In this document: positions 56,076-63,978 of the stretch, piece by piece | Layout of the letters: each line of letters begins with the position of its first letter | Numbering within the stretch: the stretch's first letter is position 1 | Origin: a virus | Virus record (IMG/VR): IMGVR_UViG_3300045988_113959 | Location: 31,643 to 95,642 of that record | Reading direction: 5' to 3' (one strand) | DNA length: 64,000 bases | Made by a program: the position numbers and the translations under genes | Notes under the pieces: model-generated | Seen by the model: only the letters and a program-made list of their open reading frames with translations | Told to the model about the DNA's origin: nothing | The model's database searches: none

Positions 56076-56498
56076 CTATTTTATGTTTTGGTTATCGTAC
56101 AATGTGTCCACCTCCATCGGTTGTTTCCTAGGCAAGTTATTATAAATCCTTTTATTGGACTCATACTCCTTAGCCACATCTCTCAATGTTATAACTTCGT
56201 GTGGTTTTTCTTTTAATAGAACACCAACTACTTCGATTAACACTTGTTGAGGCATATCCTTAAATACGTTCTCATAGTTTTTTCTAGCTATGAGCTCGTT
56301 TTGTACAGATACGGCTCCTCCAACTGAATTAATTTCTGGATTATAGTGATTTTCTACAATCCTTACAATTTCCGCACTATCTAGTACGGTTTGAGCAACT
56401 CTCTTTTTTGGGTTAGTTTTAGCATTAAACAGGATAACGCCAAAACCTACAACAATTACTAAGGTTGCTGCAATAATCCCCCACATTAAATGTTTCAT
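56076..56498 (-). CDS. membrane-anchored protein (140 aa); stops at TAG
   Basis: N-terminal helix WGIIAATLVIVVGFGVILF. The stop is plus-strand cta at 56076-56078. Confidence 0.5.
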   Translation of the reverse strand: MKHLMWGIIAATLVIVVGFGVILFNAKTNPKKRVAQTVLDSAEIVRIVENHYNPEINSVGGAVSVQNELIARKNYENVFKDMPQQVLIEVVGVLLKEKPHEVITLRDVAKEYESNKRIYNNLPRKQPMEVDTLYDNQNIK

Positions 56499-56564
56499 TT
56501 TTTAATAATTTTTTGATAAAATTTATTTTTACAATCTAGTTTTTAGAGAACCCAGAATAAACTC

Positions 56565-56714
56565 TTAATCTTCTTCAAAGTCTTCTTCTTTTGCTCCAAC
56601 TCCTTCGCTCGGGTTAAATTCATCATCACTAACTCCAGGACTTGCTGTAAGCATAAAAGACTCTAATTTGAGACGCTGTGTAAACGTCTCTGGTTTTAAA
56701 TACTTCTTTTTCAT
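56565..56714 (-). CDS. possible small acidic-tailed protein (49 aa)
   Basis: Manual read gives MKKKYLKPETFTQRLKLESFMLTASPGVSDDEFNPSEGVGAKEEDFEED then TAA. It is below the track's length cutoff but more protein-like than tracked ORF 56629..56820. Confidence 0.35.
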   Translation of the reverse strand: MKKKYLKPETFTQRLKLESFMLTASPGVSDDEFNPSEGVGAKEEDFEED

Positions 56715-56949
56715 AATTTATTATATTAAAACTGTCGGCTAGGTTGATTACGATACAACATCTAACGCGAAACGCGTTCGTTCTCACCTTTAAACTACTA
56801 GCCGTAAATAAAACTAACATATTCTCACGAACCTGTTAGTTGAGAGTATACATAACGATTCAAATATTTGCTAAAATCATTTTCACAAACAATATTTAGC
56901 CCATTAATGTATTAATATAAAATAAAAAGTAGTATATAACAATTCCATG

Positions 56950-57004
56950 TACTGTAAACAGGAATCGAACCTGTATAGTTAATAACTAATTACACAATTA
57001 CAGT
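56950..57004 (-). ncRNA. D-armless tRNA-like element (55 nt), anticodon unclear
   Basis: Reads ACTGTAA-TTGTGTA-ATTAG-TTATTAA-CTAT-ACAGG-TTCGATT-CCTGT-TTACAGT-A. The 7-nt linker (TTGTGTA) matches the CTA element's architecture, but the anticodon-position stem has only 3 bp. Confidence 0.35.
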
Positions 57005-57163
57005 AAATTAATGTAACTATTCTCTCGAACCATTACATTATATAAGTATAATTTAATATACGAATTAAAACGTTTAAGATAAGATGAGCTTGTCTTCACA
57101 GATTTACTCATCATAGACATGACATTAAGTAATAATAATAATTTCAATTACGCCTATTACGTG

Positions 57164-57236
57164 TGATTCATGCAGGATTCAAACCTGCGACCCACAGCTT
57201 AGAAGGCTGTTGCTCTATTCGCTGAGCTAATGAATC
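57164..57236 (-). tRNA. tRNA-Arg (anticodon TCT)
   Basis: The minus strand reads GATTCAT-TA-GCTC-AGCGAATA-GAGC-A-ACAGC-CTTCTAA-GCTGT-GGGTC-GCAGG-TTTGAAT-CCTGC-ATGAATC-A. This is a full 73-nt cloverleaf with every stem Watson-Crick. AGA is the dominant Arg codon in this genome. Confidence 0.85.
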
Positions 57237-57638
57237 ATGTGGAAAGTGGGAGAAATTAATCTCCCACATAAAATGCATAGATATAAACTATATTACATTT
57301 TATCCAACTATCCTTTGTTTTGTTTTGTTTCAATCATATAATAATCTTTAACTAATTACTAAATTTCATATATGATAAAACAACTATTCTCACGAACCGT
57401 TGTTTGTTAGAGCCGCTGCTCTTAGCTAAATAAAATTCAAAACCTAAAAAGATGGTGTATATAGTAGTGTATGGAGAATTCCATTCTCAGCTGCGCGCTA
57501 TAAATAATTGCAATTATTATCATACACTTTGATAGTATACTTCCCCTCCACATTCTTTCATTCTGGACTTGGGACCAGCCGTACCCCTCTTGGCCTTCGA
57601 GAGCGTAGGTAGCGTTAGAAGTATATCATTTTGTCTTT

Positions 57639-57668
57639 GGGAGATGGTTTGATACCATCCCCCTTTTT
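57639..57668 (+). terminator. intrinsic-terminator-like hairpin oriented for the plus strand
   Basis: ggg-a-gatggt ttgat accatc-ccc is followed by cttttt on the plus strand. On the minus strand no U-run follows. Confidence 0.4.
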
Positions 57669-57671
57669 CAG

Positions 57672-57869
57672 TTAATCACTGTGATATTGTAATACGGTAA
57701 TTCCATACCATATTACACAAATTGCTATTAACGCAACATTGAAAAATGTAGCATCAATAAGCGTGCCGATGTAATAATATACAAATACGGCTATGAAAAA
57801 TAGAATTAGTTCTATTCTTCTTAATCTTAGTTGTAGAAGACGATTTCTCTTCTTTATTTCTTCTTCCAT
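57672..57869 (-). CDS. small two-helix membrane protein (65 aa)
   Basis: ILFFIAVFVYYYIGTLI and VALIAICVIWYGITVL. Confidence 0.5.
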   Translation of the reverse strand: MEEEIKKRNRLLQLRLRRIELILFFIAVFVYYYIGTLIDATFFNVALIAICVIWYGITVLQYHSD

Positions 57870-58060
57870 TTTGTAACTCGTTTAAATATAATTGATTTAT
57901 ATCTACAATCTAATTTTGATTGTCCGGTTTTACCATCAACAATCCCCATACAGGTGTAGAGATTATTAAATGCACAACCCTCACAACCGTTTTCCGCTTT
58001 GTAAGCTCTGTATACAACATTATTTATTGTGCAAAGTTGACCTGGTTTTGGAGTTTTCAT
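57854..58060 (-). CDS. small cysteine-rich protein (68 aa)
   Basis: Tracked ORF with six Cys, including a CEGC pair. Confidence 0.45.
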   Translation of the reverse strand: MKTPKPGQLCTINNVVYRAYKAENGCEGCAFNNLYTCMGIVDGKTGQSKLDCRYKSIIFKRVTKWKKK

Positions 58061-58517
58061 AAAATATTATATTTTTTATATGATATCTTATATATAGTAC
58101 TTCTTTAAAAGGAGCTTGTAACTTGCAAGCTTTATGAAAATATCCATTCCAAGTCTTTTCACTTTTCTCGTAATGAATAATTTTTTCAAACTGTCTTATT
58201 TCCACAATCATCTTTTGTCCAGTTTTTGTTAATAATTTAACAATTTCTGGTTCTTCGTCGAATACCCTTTCCCACGATTTAGATAGTTTGTGTTTTAAAA
58301 CAATAACTCCTTTTAATATATCATCACATTCTTTCTGTGTTATAACTAAAGAAGGAAAATTTACAGCTTTAAGACATGATTTATCTTTTTTAATTACATT
58401 ACCGTTACTCTTTCTAATGAAGAAAGCATCACCTTTGTAATTCTCTGCTGTTATTATTCCATACACCTTAAGATTGTTTTTTCTTAAGGTGTATTGTACT
58501 AAATCTCCAATTTTCAT
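58020..58517 (-). CDS. hypothetical protein (165 aa)
   Basis: Tracked ORF. Overlaps the downstream ORF by 41 nt. Confidence 0.45.
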   Translation of the reverse strand: MKIGDLVQYTLRKNNLKVYGIITAENYKGDAFFIRKSNGNVIKKDKSCLKAVNFPSLVITQKECDDILKGVIVLKHKLSKSWERVFDEEPEIVKLLTKTGQKMIVEIRQFEKIIHYEKSEKTWNGYFHKACKLQAPFKEVLYIRYHIKNIIFYENSKTRSTLHNK

Positions 58518-58897
58518 TTCCTTGTAACCCTCAATACTGGTTTGAACCTAATTAATGAACTTATTTGACCATTCCTTAGTTTTATACCAAGAGATGGTTC
58601 AATCCCATTAGCTTTACAGGTCTCTATATAATCATATACAGTTTGGCTAACTGGAATCAGTTCGTTAATTTTATTCGCTGCATCTTTATATACAGCAAAA
58701 TACCTTGGTTTGCCTGTTGATGTTGTAGTACTAGTATATTTTACAATATACTTCGCATTACAGTACACAGTGTCGTATTGAGCTTTAGGTTTTTGTGTAT
58801 AACTTTGTGCATTACATTTTGCAACACATAAGCCGATAAACATTACAACCAATGCTACAACTAGGGTTATTTTAGCCCAAAAGCAATTATTTTCCAT
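58514..58897 (-). CDS. secreted or membrane protein (127 aa)
   Basis: N-terminal hydrophobic segment AKITLVVALVVMFIGLCVAKC. Confidence 0.5.
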   Translation of the reverse strand: MENNCFWAKITLVVALVVMFIGLCVAKCNAQSYTQKPKAQYDTVYCNAKYIVKYTSTTTSTGKPRYFAVYKDAANKINELIPVSQTVYDYIETCKANGIEPSLGIKLRNGQISSLIRFKPVLRVTRK

Positions 58898-58951
58898 TTT
58901 AATTAATTTTGATAATTATTTTCTTATGCAGGACTTAAGCACCTACATTTG

Positions 58952-59560
58952 CTATTTTACTTTTCTGTATACTTGTGTTTGAAGATTATAGCCTTCTATC
59001 GCTTTCATTATATCAAGTTCGTCTTTTTGACTTCTAAGAGCTACTGAACAGTAGTTCTTGCCAACAGATATAATTGATTCTGGCACCGATGCTTTCATTA
59101 GAATATATTTGCATGCGTTTTCATTATGTGCCATTATACTCACATTTCTTTCTTCAACACTTAATACTTCGTGTTTTACGCCACGTTTGTATATCTTCTT
59201 TTTTCTTGTTTTGTCTGTAATAACAGAAAATCCATTTGGAACGATGATACACAAGATTCTTCTTGGTGGCGTCTTTTCAACTCTTTCCTTATTAACGACT
59301 TGTTTAGTAAATTTACTCTTGTCGTCTGTATGATGGAAAGGTTTTATATTTATAGGAGCATTGCTACGTAGTTTTTTCTTATTTTCTACATCCAATAAAC
59401 TCTTCTTAAGTTTACCACCTCTTTTTTGCTTTGCAGCTTGACGAGCTTTTCTAGCTTTGTCAATTTCTTGGAATTTTTTAAGTCCCAATAATCTTACTCT
59501 TCTTTTGTTTTCAGATGTTTGTTCCATTTTGATAATGTTTTTTATTTTACTACTAACCAA
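58952..59560 (-). CDS. basic protein (202 aa); stops at TAG
   Basis: K/R-rich. The stop is plus-strand cta at 58952-58954. Confidence 0.5.
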   Translation of the reverse strand: MVSSKIKNIIKMEQTSENKRRVRLLGLKKFQEIDKARKARQAAKQKRGGKLKKSLLDVENKKKLRSNAPINIKPFHHTDDKSKFTKQVVNKERVEKTPPRRILCIIVPNGFSVITDKTRKKKIYKRGVKHEVLSVEERNVSIMAHNENACKYILMKASVPESIISVGKNYCSVALRSQKDELDIMKAIEGYNLQTQVYRKVK

Positions 59561-59778
59561 AATCCTTCAATCTTTGAATTATAATTGTCAAGGTTTGTCT
59601 TAAACTCCTTTGTTAGGATTTTGATTTGATTTTTTGTTAGACCCTTTGCTACTAATATAGTGGCATTCCCAGACTTAAAGAACAGTCTAAATCTGGGATT
59701 ACCAATCTTATCAACAGAGGATTTATCTTTCCTCTGTCTGACAAGTTGGTTTTTTATATGAACTTCCTTATTCTCCAT
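59542..59778 (-). CDS. hypothetical protein (78 aa)
   Basis: Tracked ORF, overlaps its neighbours. Confidence 0.45.
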   Translation of the reverse strand: MENKEVHIKNQLVRQRKDKSSVDKIGNPRFRLFFKSGNATILVAKGLTKNQIKILTKEFKTNLDNYNSKIEGFWLVVK

Positions 59779-60157
59779 CGAATACGTCGTGTGCGTTTTT
59801 GTTAATTCTATCTATAATAGAACTTGTCGCCTCTTTAAGTAACAATGCTTCTACGATTTCTTTTTGCATTGTTATAAGGTTGTTGATTTTATCAAAATCA
59901 TTTCCACCAAGTGCAATTTCAACTGTATCTAATGGAATTTCTTTTGACATGAACTCAATGCAAACAATACCCGCTTCACTTTCGCAAAGTCCTAAATTTG
60001 GGTCCACTTCATTTATTTTTTCTACAAGAGGACTTACTATTTTATGCTCTTTTTTCTTATAAGAATTAAGTAAATCTGATGTTTTAATGAACTCTTCTTT
60101 AACCTCTGCTATTGTAGAGATTTTTAACATACTGTCACTTATTTTGATAACATTCAT
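59768..60157 (-). CDS. hypothetical protein (129 aa)
   Basis: Tracked ORF. Confidence 0.5.
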   Translation of the reverse strand: MNVIKISDSMLKISTIAEVKEEFIKTSDLLNSYKKKEHKIVSPLVEKINEVDPNLGLCESEAGIVCIEFMSKEIPLDTVEIALGGNDFDKINNLITMQKEIVEALLLKEATSSIIDRINKNAHDVFDGE

Positions 60158-60168
60158 AATTTTGATAA

Positions 60169-60561
60169 TTATTCTTTATAGTTGTTTACTGTGTTTTCTA
60201 TCTCTCTTGCTGCTTTTTTAAGCCTCTTAGCGTACACTAATCTATAATTATATTTATCTTTTCTAAAGAATGTATGAAAATATACTCGGTTGAAATTCGT
60301 TTTCAAATTACGTGTATCTATAACGTAAAACGTTCCTGAATAATCAGTATATGGTTGTACATCTTCCTTATACATCTTTATGATGTTCTTTACCTCCTGT
60401 AATAGACTCTTATTATTATTTATAAGCCTTTTTTCACATTCGGTAAATGTTAAACAACATATCATAGAATAGTTTTCATCATATGGATTAATCTTACTGA
60501 TTTTTATATCTCCAATTTCCATATCATATAAACATTTCGTATTGAACCCCTCGATTTTCAC
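60169..60561 (-). CDS. hypothetical protein (130 aa)
   Basis: Tracked ORF. Confidence 0.5.
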   Translation of the reverse strand: MKIEGFNTKCLYDMEIGDIKISKINPYDENYSMICCLTFTECEKRLINNNKSLLQEVKNIIKMYKEDVQPYTDYSGTFYVIDTRNLKTNFNRVYFHTFFRKDKYNYRLVYAKRLKKAAREIENTVNNYKE

Positions 60562-60838
60562 TTAAGAACTTTATGTTTTCTTCTGTTTTAGGCAGAATAT
60601 CACAAAACCTCTTAAGTTTATCGAACAACAACGTTATACCTTCTTTATCTATATAAAGATTAGACTTTTTAGTATGACCAAATCCATGACCAAAGAACTT
60701 TCGCTCTTCTTCTTTTGTCATACAATTAGCCTTGATTCTTCTCTTTTTGAGAGATTTATAAGACTTTCCATCATCTAACTTTACAGTTCTTCTTAGATAT
60801 GGTAGGTCTTTTTCCGTTAGAACTTTATCTTTTCCCAT
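60524..60838 (-). CDS. hypothetical protein (104 aa)
   Basis: Tracked ORF. Confidence 0.45.
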   Translation of the reverse strand: MGKDKVLTEKDLPYLRRTVKLDDGKSYKSLKKRRIKANCMTKEEERKFFGHGFGHTKKSNLYIDKEGITLLFDKLKRFCDILPKTEENIKFLSENRGVQYEMFI

Positions 60839-60852
60839 ATAAATATACTCGA

Positions 60853-61026
60853 TTAAATGGCTAATATTTTTCTAACTTCTTCAAAAGAGTTCATAACTGA
60901 ATAGTCTTCATATTCTGTTATTATTTCAGCTCCATAGTCCGCCTCTTCTATTGCTACAACAATAGAGATATCTAACATTAATTCTTTTCCACTTGTTTCT
61001 GTAAACTTTGCAAATCTTCTATCCAT
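60853..61026 (-). CDS. possible small acidic protein (57 aa)
   Basis: Manual read gives MDRRFAKFTETSGKELMLDISIVVAIEEADYGAEIITEYEDYSVMNSFEEVRKILAI then TAA. It is below the track cutoff and fills an otherwise empty gap. Confidence 0.4.
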   Translation of the reverse strand: MDRRFAKFTETSGKELMLDISIVVAIEEADYGAEIITEYEDYSVMNSFEEVRKILAI

Positions 61027-61212
61027 GTTTTTCTACATGCCCTTGTAGTCTTTTAAATAATGGCAAAATTACCACTTTCGTGGTCACTCCAGAAAGTTCC
61101 AATATGAGCTACTATTATTCACTCTGGGGCTTACAACTTAAATGTACACAATAAAACCTAATCTAGGAAAGACTTGTGTACCAATCTTTTTACCCATTTA
61201 TGTTAATACGGG

Positions 61213-62274
61213 TTAAACATAAGTGAGCTTTAGTTTATCTTTTAGTAAATTTACATTTTTACTAACAATTTTGTTTGCTATTTGAGAATCGCTAATAATT
61301 TTATCAATTATTTTCTGTTTATCCTTAACAGCCTTTTCTCGCTTTTCTCTAATATCTAACAAGAAGTTGTTTAACTCGTTAAACAATAGAGATTTACATA
61401 ACATATCACCAATACCGCCTTTTTTATAAGCTTCTTCAAGCTTATATAAAGAATCAACATCTTTTAAAGCTGGAAAAATCTTTGTAAAGTCAAATTCTAT
61501 AAAGTCTTGAATTGTATTTAGATACGTAAACACTACATTTCCTTCAACATTTCCAGGGTCTGAAATTTTCAAATGATTTGGGTCTGTGTACATTTTCTTA
61601 ATTTTTTCCCAAAGTTCTTTTTGGTTATCAGATAAATATATACAATTTCCAAAACTTTTACTCATCTTCTCATGACCATCTATACCTGGTAATCTACCAG
61701 CAATTTTATTTTGTGGTAGTAGTATTTCAGGCTCTTTAAAGATAATTTCATCTTTATTGATTTTTCTAACAATTCTCCTTGTCAGTTCAATCATTGGTCT
61801 TTGGTCTTCTCCAGCAGGAACTATATCAGTATTAAAACCTAATATATCTGCTGCTTGAGATACAGGATACATAAAGAAACCCAAAGGTGTACTTTCTTCA
61901 AATTTTCTTTGTTGAATCTCACTCTTTATAGTTGGGTTTCTTGACAAATCATTTATACTAACGTAATTTGTAAGTAATTGTGTTAGTTCACAAAGAGCTG
62001 GCACTTGACTTTGTAACACAAAGCTTAGTTTGTTATTACTCAACACATCTAATCCGACAGATATATAATCTAATGCAACTTCTATTACATTATCTTTTAC
62101 CTTTTGTGGATTGTCTATGTTATCAGTCAGCGCCTGCATATCTGCTATAAGAACATACATGTGTTCTGTATCTTCTTCAAATAGCAGATGGATTCTTTGT
62201 AATAATGAGCCTACAAAGTGACCTAAATGCAGTCTCCCTGTAGGCCTATCTCCAGTTAGTATTATTTTACCCAT
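61213..62274 (-). CDS. trpS: tryptophanyl-tRNA synthetase (class I)
   Basis: HIGH motif is TGRLHLGH and KMSKS is HEKMSKS. MYPVSQAADILGFNTDIVPAGEDQRPMIELTRRI closely parallels bacterial TrpRS YPxLMAADILLYxTDxVPVGEDQKQHxELTRD. The start is placed at ATG 62274 (MGKIILTGD...), 7 nt after the upstream TGA; the tracked ORF extends to 62331. Confidence 0.85.
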   Translation of the reverse strand: MGKIILTGDRPTGRLHLGHFVGSLLQRIHLLFEEDTEHMYVLIADMQALTDNIDNPQKVKDNVIEVALDYISVGLDVLSNNKLSFVLQSQVPALCELTQLLTNYVSINDLSRNPTIKSEIQQRKFEESTPLGFFMYPVSQAADILGFNTDIVPAGEDQRPMIELTRRIVRKINKDEIIFKEPEILLPQNKIAGRLPGIDGHEKMSKSFGNCIYLSDNQKELWEKIKKMYTDPNHLKISDPGNVEGNVVFTYLNTIQDFIEFDFTKIFPALKDVDSLYKLEEAYKKGGIGDMLCKSLLFNELNNFLLDIREKREKAVKDKQKIIDKIISDSQIANKIVSKNVNLLKDKLKLTYV

Positions 62275-62281
62275 GTAGTTT

Positions 62282-62560
62282 TCAATCGCAACAGTCTTCA
62301 AGATTCTCAAGACTGTCAACTTTCTGTTCAACTTTCATTGCCGAAGAATTATTCAGTATCAACTGCTTTGTTACAGTATGATATTCCTGGTACGCCTTAA
62401 TTAACTCTATTTTATAGTCTAAAGTTTTGTAATTAGCATACTCCAGAGAGCCTAAGATTCGCCCTCCAAATAAATTAATGATAAAATATGTTGTTAATAA
62501 ACCTAATCCAAAGCATAATAAATTCATTATTATGTTGTCTTCTTTTTTATCGTATTTCAT
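62282..62560 (-). CDS. small membrane protein (92 aa)
   Basis: Hydrophobic helix IMNLLCFGLGLLTTYFIINLFGG. Confidence 0.5.
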   Translation of the reverse strand: MKYDKKEDNIIMNLLCFGLGLLTTYFIINLFGGRILGSLEYANYKTLDYKIELIKAYQEYHTVTKQLILNNSSAMKVEQKVDSLENLEDCCD

Positions 62561-62872
62561 ACATTATTTGTAATTTGTCGTTGTTTGAAATGTTTTTATA
62601 AAAATAGTCCAGGCGGTAGTCCGAACCCGCTGTTTATATATAATATAAATCCGTAAACATGCAAATGCATCACTGGACGTTTTGTTCTCTCTCACAGGAT
62701 AACCTTTTACAAGAGCTACTTTGGTTTTTTATTTCGTTACTAAGCTTAAGAAAACCATCAAACTATAAACTACATACTTTCACGCCAACTCTCGAAGGTT
62801 GTTAGGGTACGACCACCTTAGCTCTGTATCCTCTGTAGTTTATGCTTATAACATATTCAGTTCATACTTGAA

Positions 62873-63229
62873 CTATTTCCTTTTAGGGAATAATCCAAGT
62901 ATGCCGCATGTCTTTGACTTATAAAAGTCATTAGCCACTAATTTAGCGGCAGACATTGTATTCTTGTACCCTATGAATTCTCCTTCATAGAATACTTCGA
63001 ATCTGTTTTCTTCATAAGAATAACAGATTACTAAACTTCCTATAAATGGAGCTTCACAGACAAGTTTTTCACCTTCGACCTTCCATTCTAATAAATCTAT
63101 TAGAAGATGGATGTTATTAAAGATATAATTACACGCTTTCATAACAACGCCTACTTGCTCGAGACTGAAGTCTGTTGGGACGAATTGCTTTCTGATTTCT
63201 CCCAACATCATCTCATACTTATTTTCCAT
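62873..63229 (-). CDS. hypothetical protein (118 aa); stops at TAG
   Basis: Tracked ORF. The stop is plus-strand cta at 62873-62875. Confidence 0.5.
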   Translation of the reverse strand: MENKYEMMLGEIRKQFVPTDFSLEQVGVVMKACNYIFNNIHLLIDLLEWKVEGEKLVCEAPFIGSLVICYSYEENRFEVFYEGEFIGYKNTMSAAKLVANDFYKSKTCGILGLFPKRK

Positions 63230-63934
63230 CTTTTTATTATTTTGATAATATTAACACTTGTAGTAAACACAACGCTATTACTACTTAGCTTAAAAGTGTG
63301 TGGTTTTGAGCAGAGACCACACTAACTCTGTATTTTTAACTCTGTTATCTACTTATGTGTAATTGCACACAGAAAGCAACCAGCACCACTGGCTCTATTC
63401 TTGACTATTTGGTTAGAATAGCCCTCTTAATATGTAAATTACATTGTATACATATACCTGCGAAGTGCAACAGGATTATACCTCAAGGGTATTAATGTGC
63501 TGTAACAGAAAGGTGTTCTCATACGAATTTCACGCAGAATTGACACTACACGCCAGATTTTGGTGGGCGTGACGGGCTTTAACCGCAACCTCCTTTTTGT
63601 TACTAGAGTTCAAACCAAATCTACTCAGGGTAATTACTTCCTTTCAATTTGTTTTTCCTCGTTACACAACACTAGTCCTAAATTCAAGATTTTCTTTCCT
63701 TTAGAGCATAGTGGTTCTTTAGACACGTTCCAATCAGGCAAGACCTGTTGTAAATAGGTGTATATACTCAATAATGTACAGCTATTCCGTGTACCATAAT
63801 GGAGGACTCTCGTCTATATCTCCTCATAAAGCTAATATGGTGTAGCTTAATATCTTGTTGTATCTATTTCTTTGTATTGATGTAATTGGCTATATATTAA
63901 GAATGCTATGTAAGCTCAGTGGTTTAACTGAGCG

Positions 63935-63970
63935 AAAAAAAAGGTTGGTGTACTACTCAAATAGTACACC
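63935..63970 (-). terminator. intrinsic terminator (minus strand)
   Basis: A 9-bp stem ggtgtacta/tagtacacc (63947-63970) is followed on the minus strand by aacc plus eight U (plus-strand A-run 63935-63942). It lies directly after a TAA stop. Confidence 0.7.
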
Positions 63971-63978
63971 ATACCCCA

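Noticed and set aside
56629-56820. Tracked minus-strand ORF 56629..56820 (63 aa)
   Set aside because: It is Cys/Arg-rich and spans a repeated non-coding motif (attctcacgaacc). A different-frame 49-aa ORF (56565..56714) looks more protein-like, though it is also uncertain.
44204-57236. tRNA-like fragments as attP sites of an integrative element
   Set aside because: No integrase, recombinase or excisionase is present in the window, and the elements are multiple and dispersed. Processing signals or degenerate tRNA genes fit better.
37884-57671. CRISPR array or mini-array among the intergenic repeats
   Set aside because: The repeats (the 22-nt box, the CGATTTAAGG boxes and the 14-nt motif) are irregularly spaced, occur in both orientations and are not separated by uniform spacers.
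42658-59371. Plus-strand ORFs inside the minus arm (42725..43012, 43256..43639, 45442..45786, 47052..47348, 50005..50304, 51175..51417, 59058..59333 and others)
   Set aside because: They are fully embedded antisense in longer minus-strand genes with recognisable products or better coding character. They are hydrophobic, low-complexity shadow ORFs.
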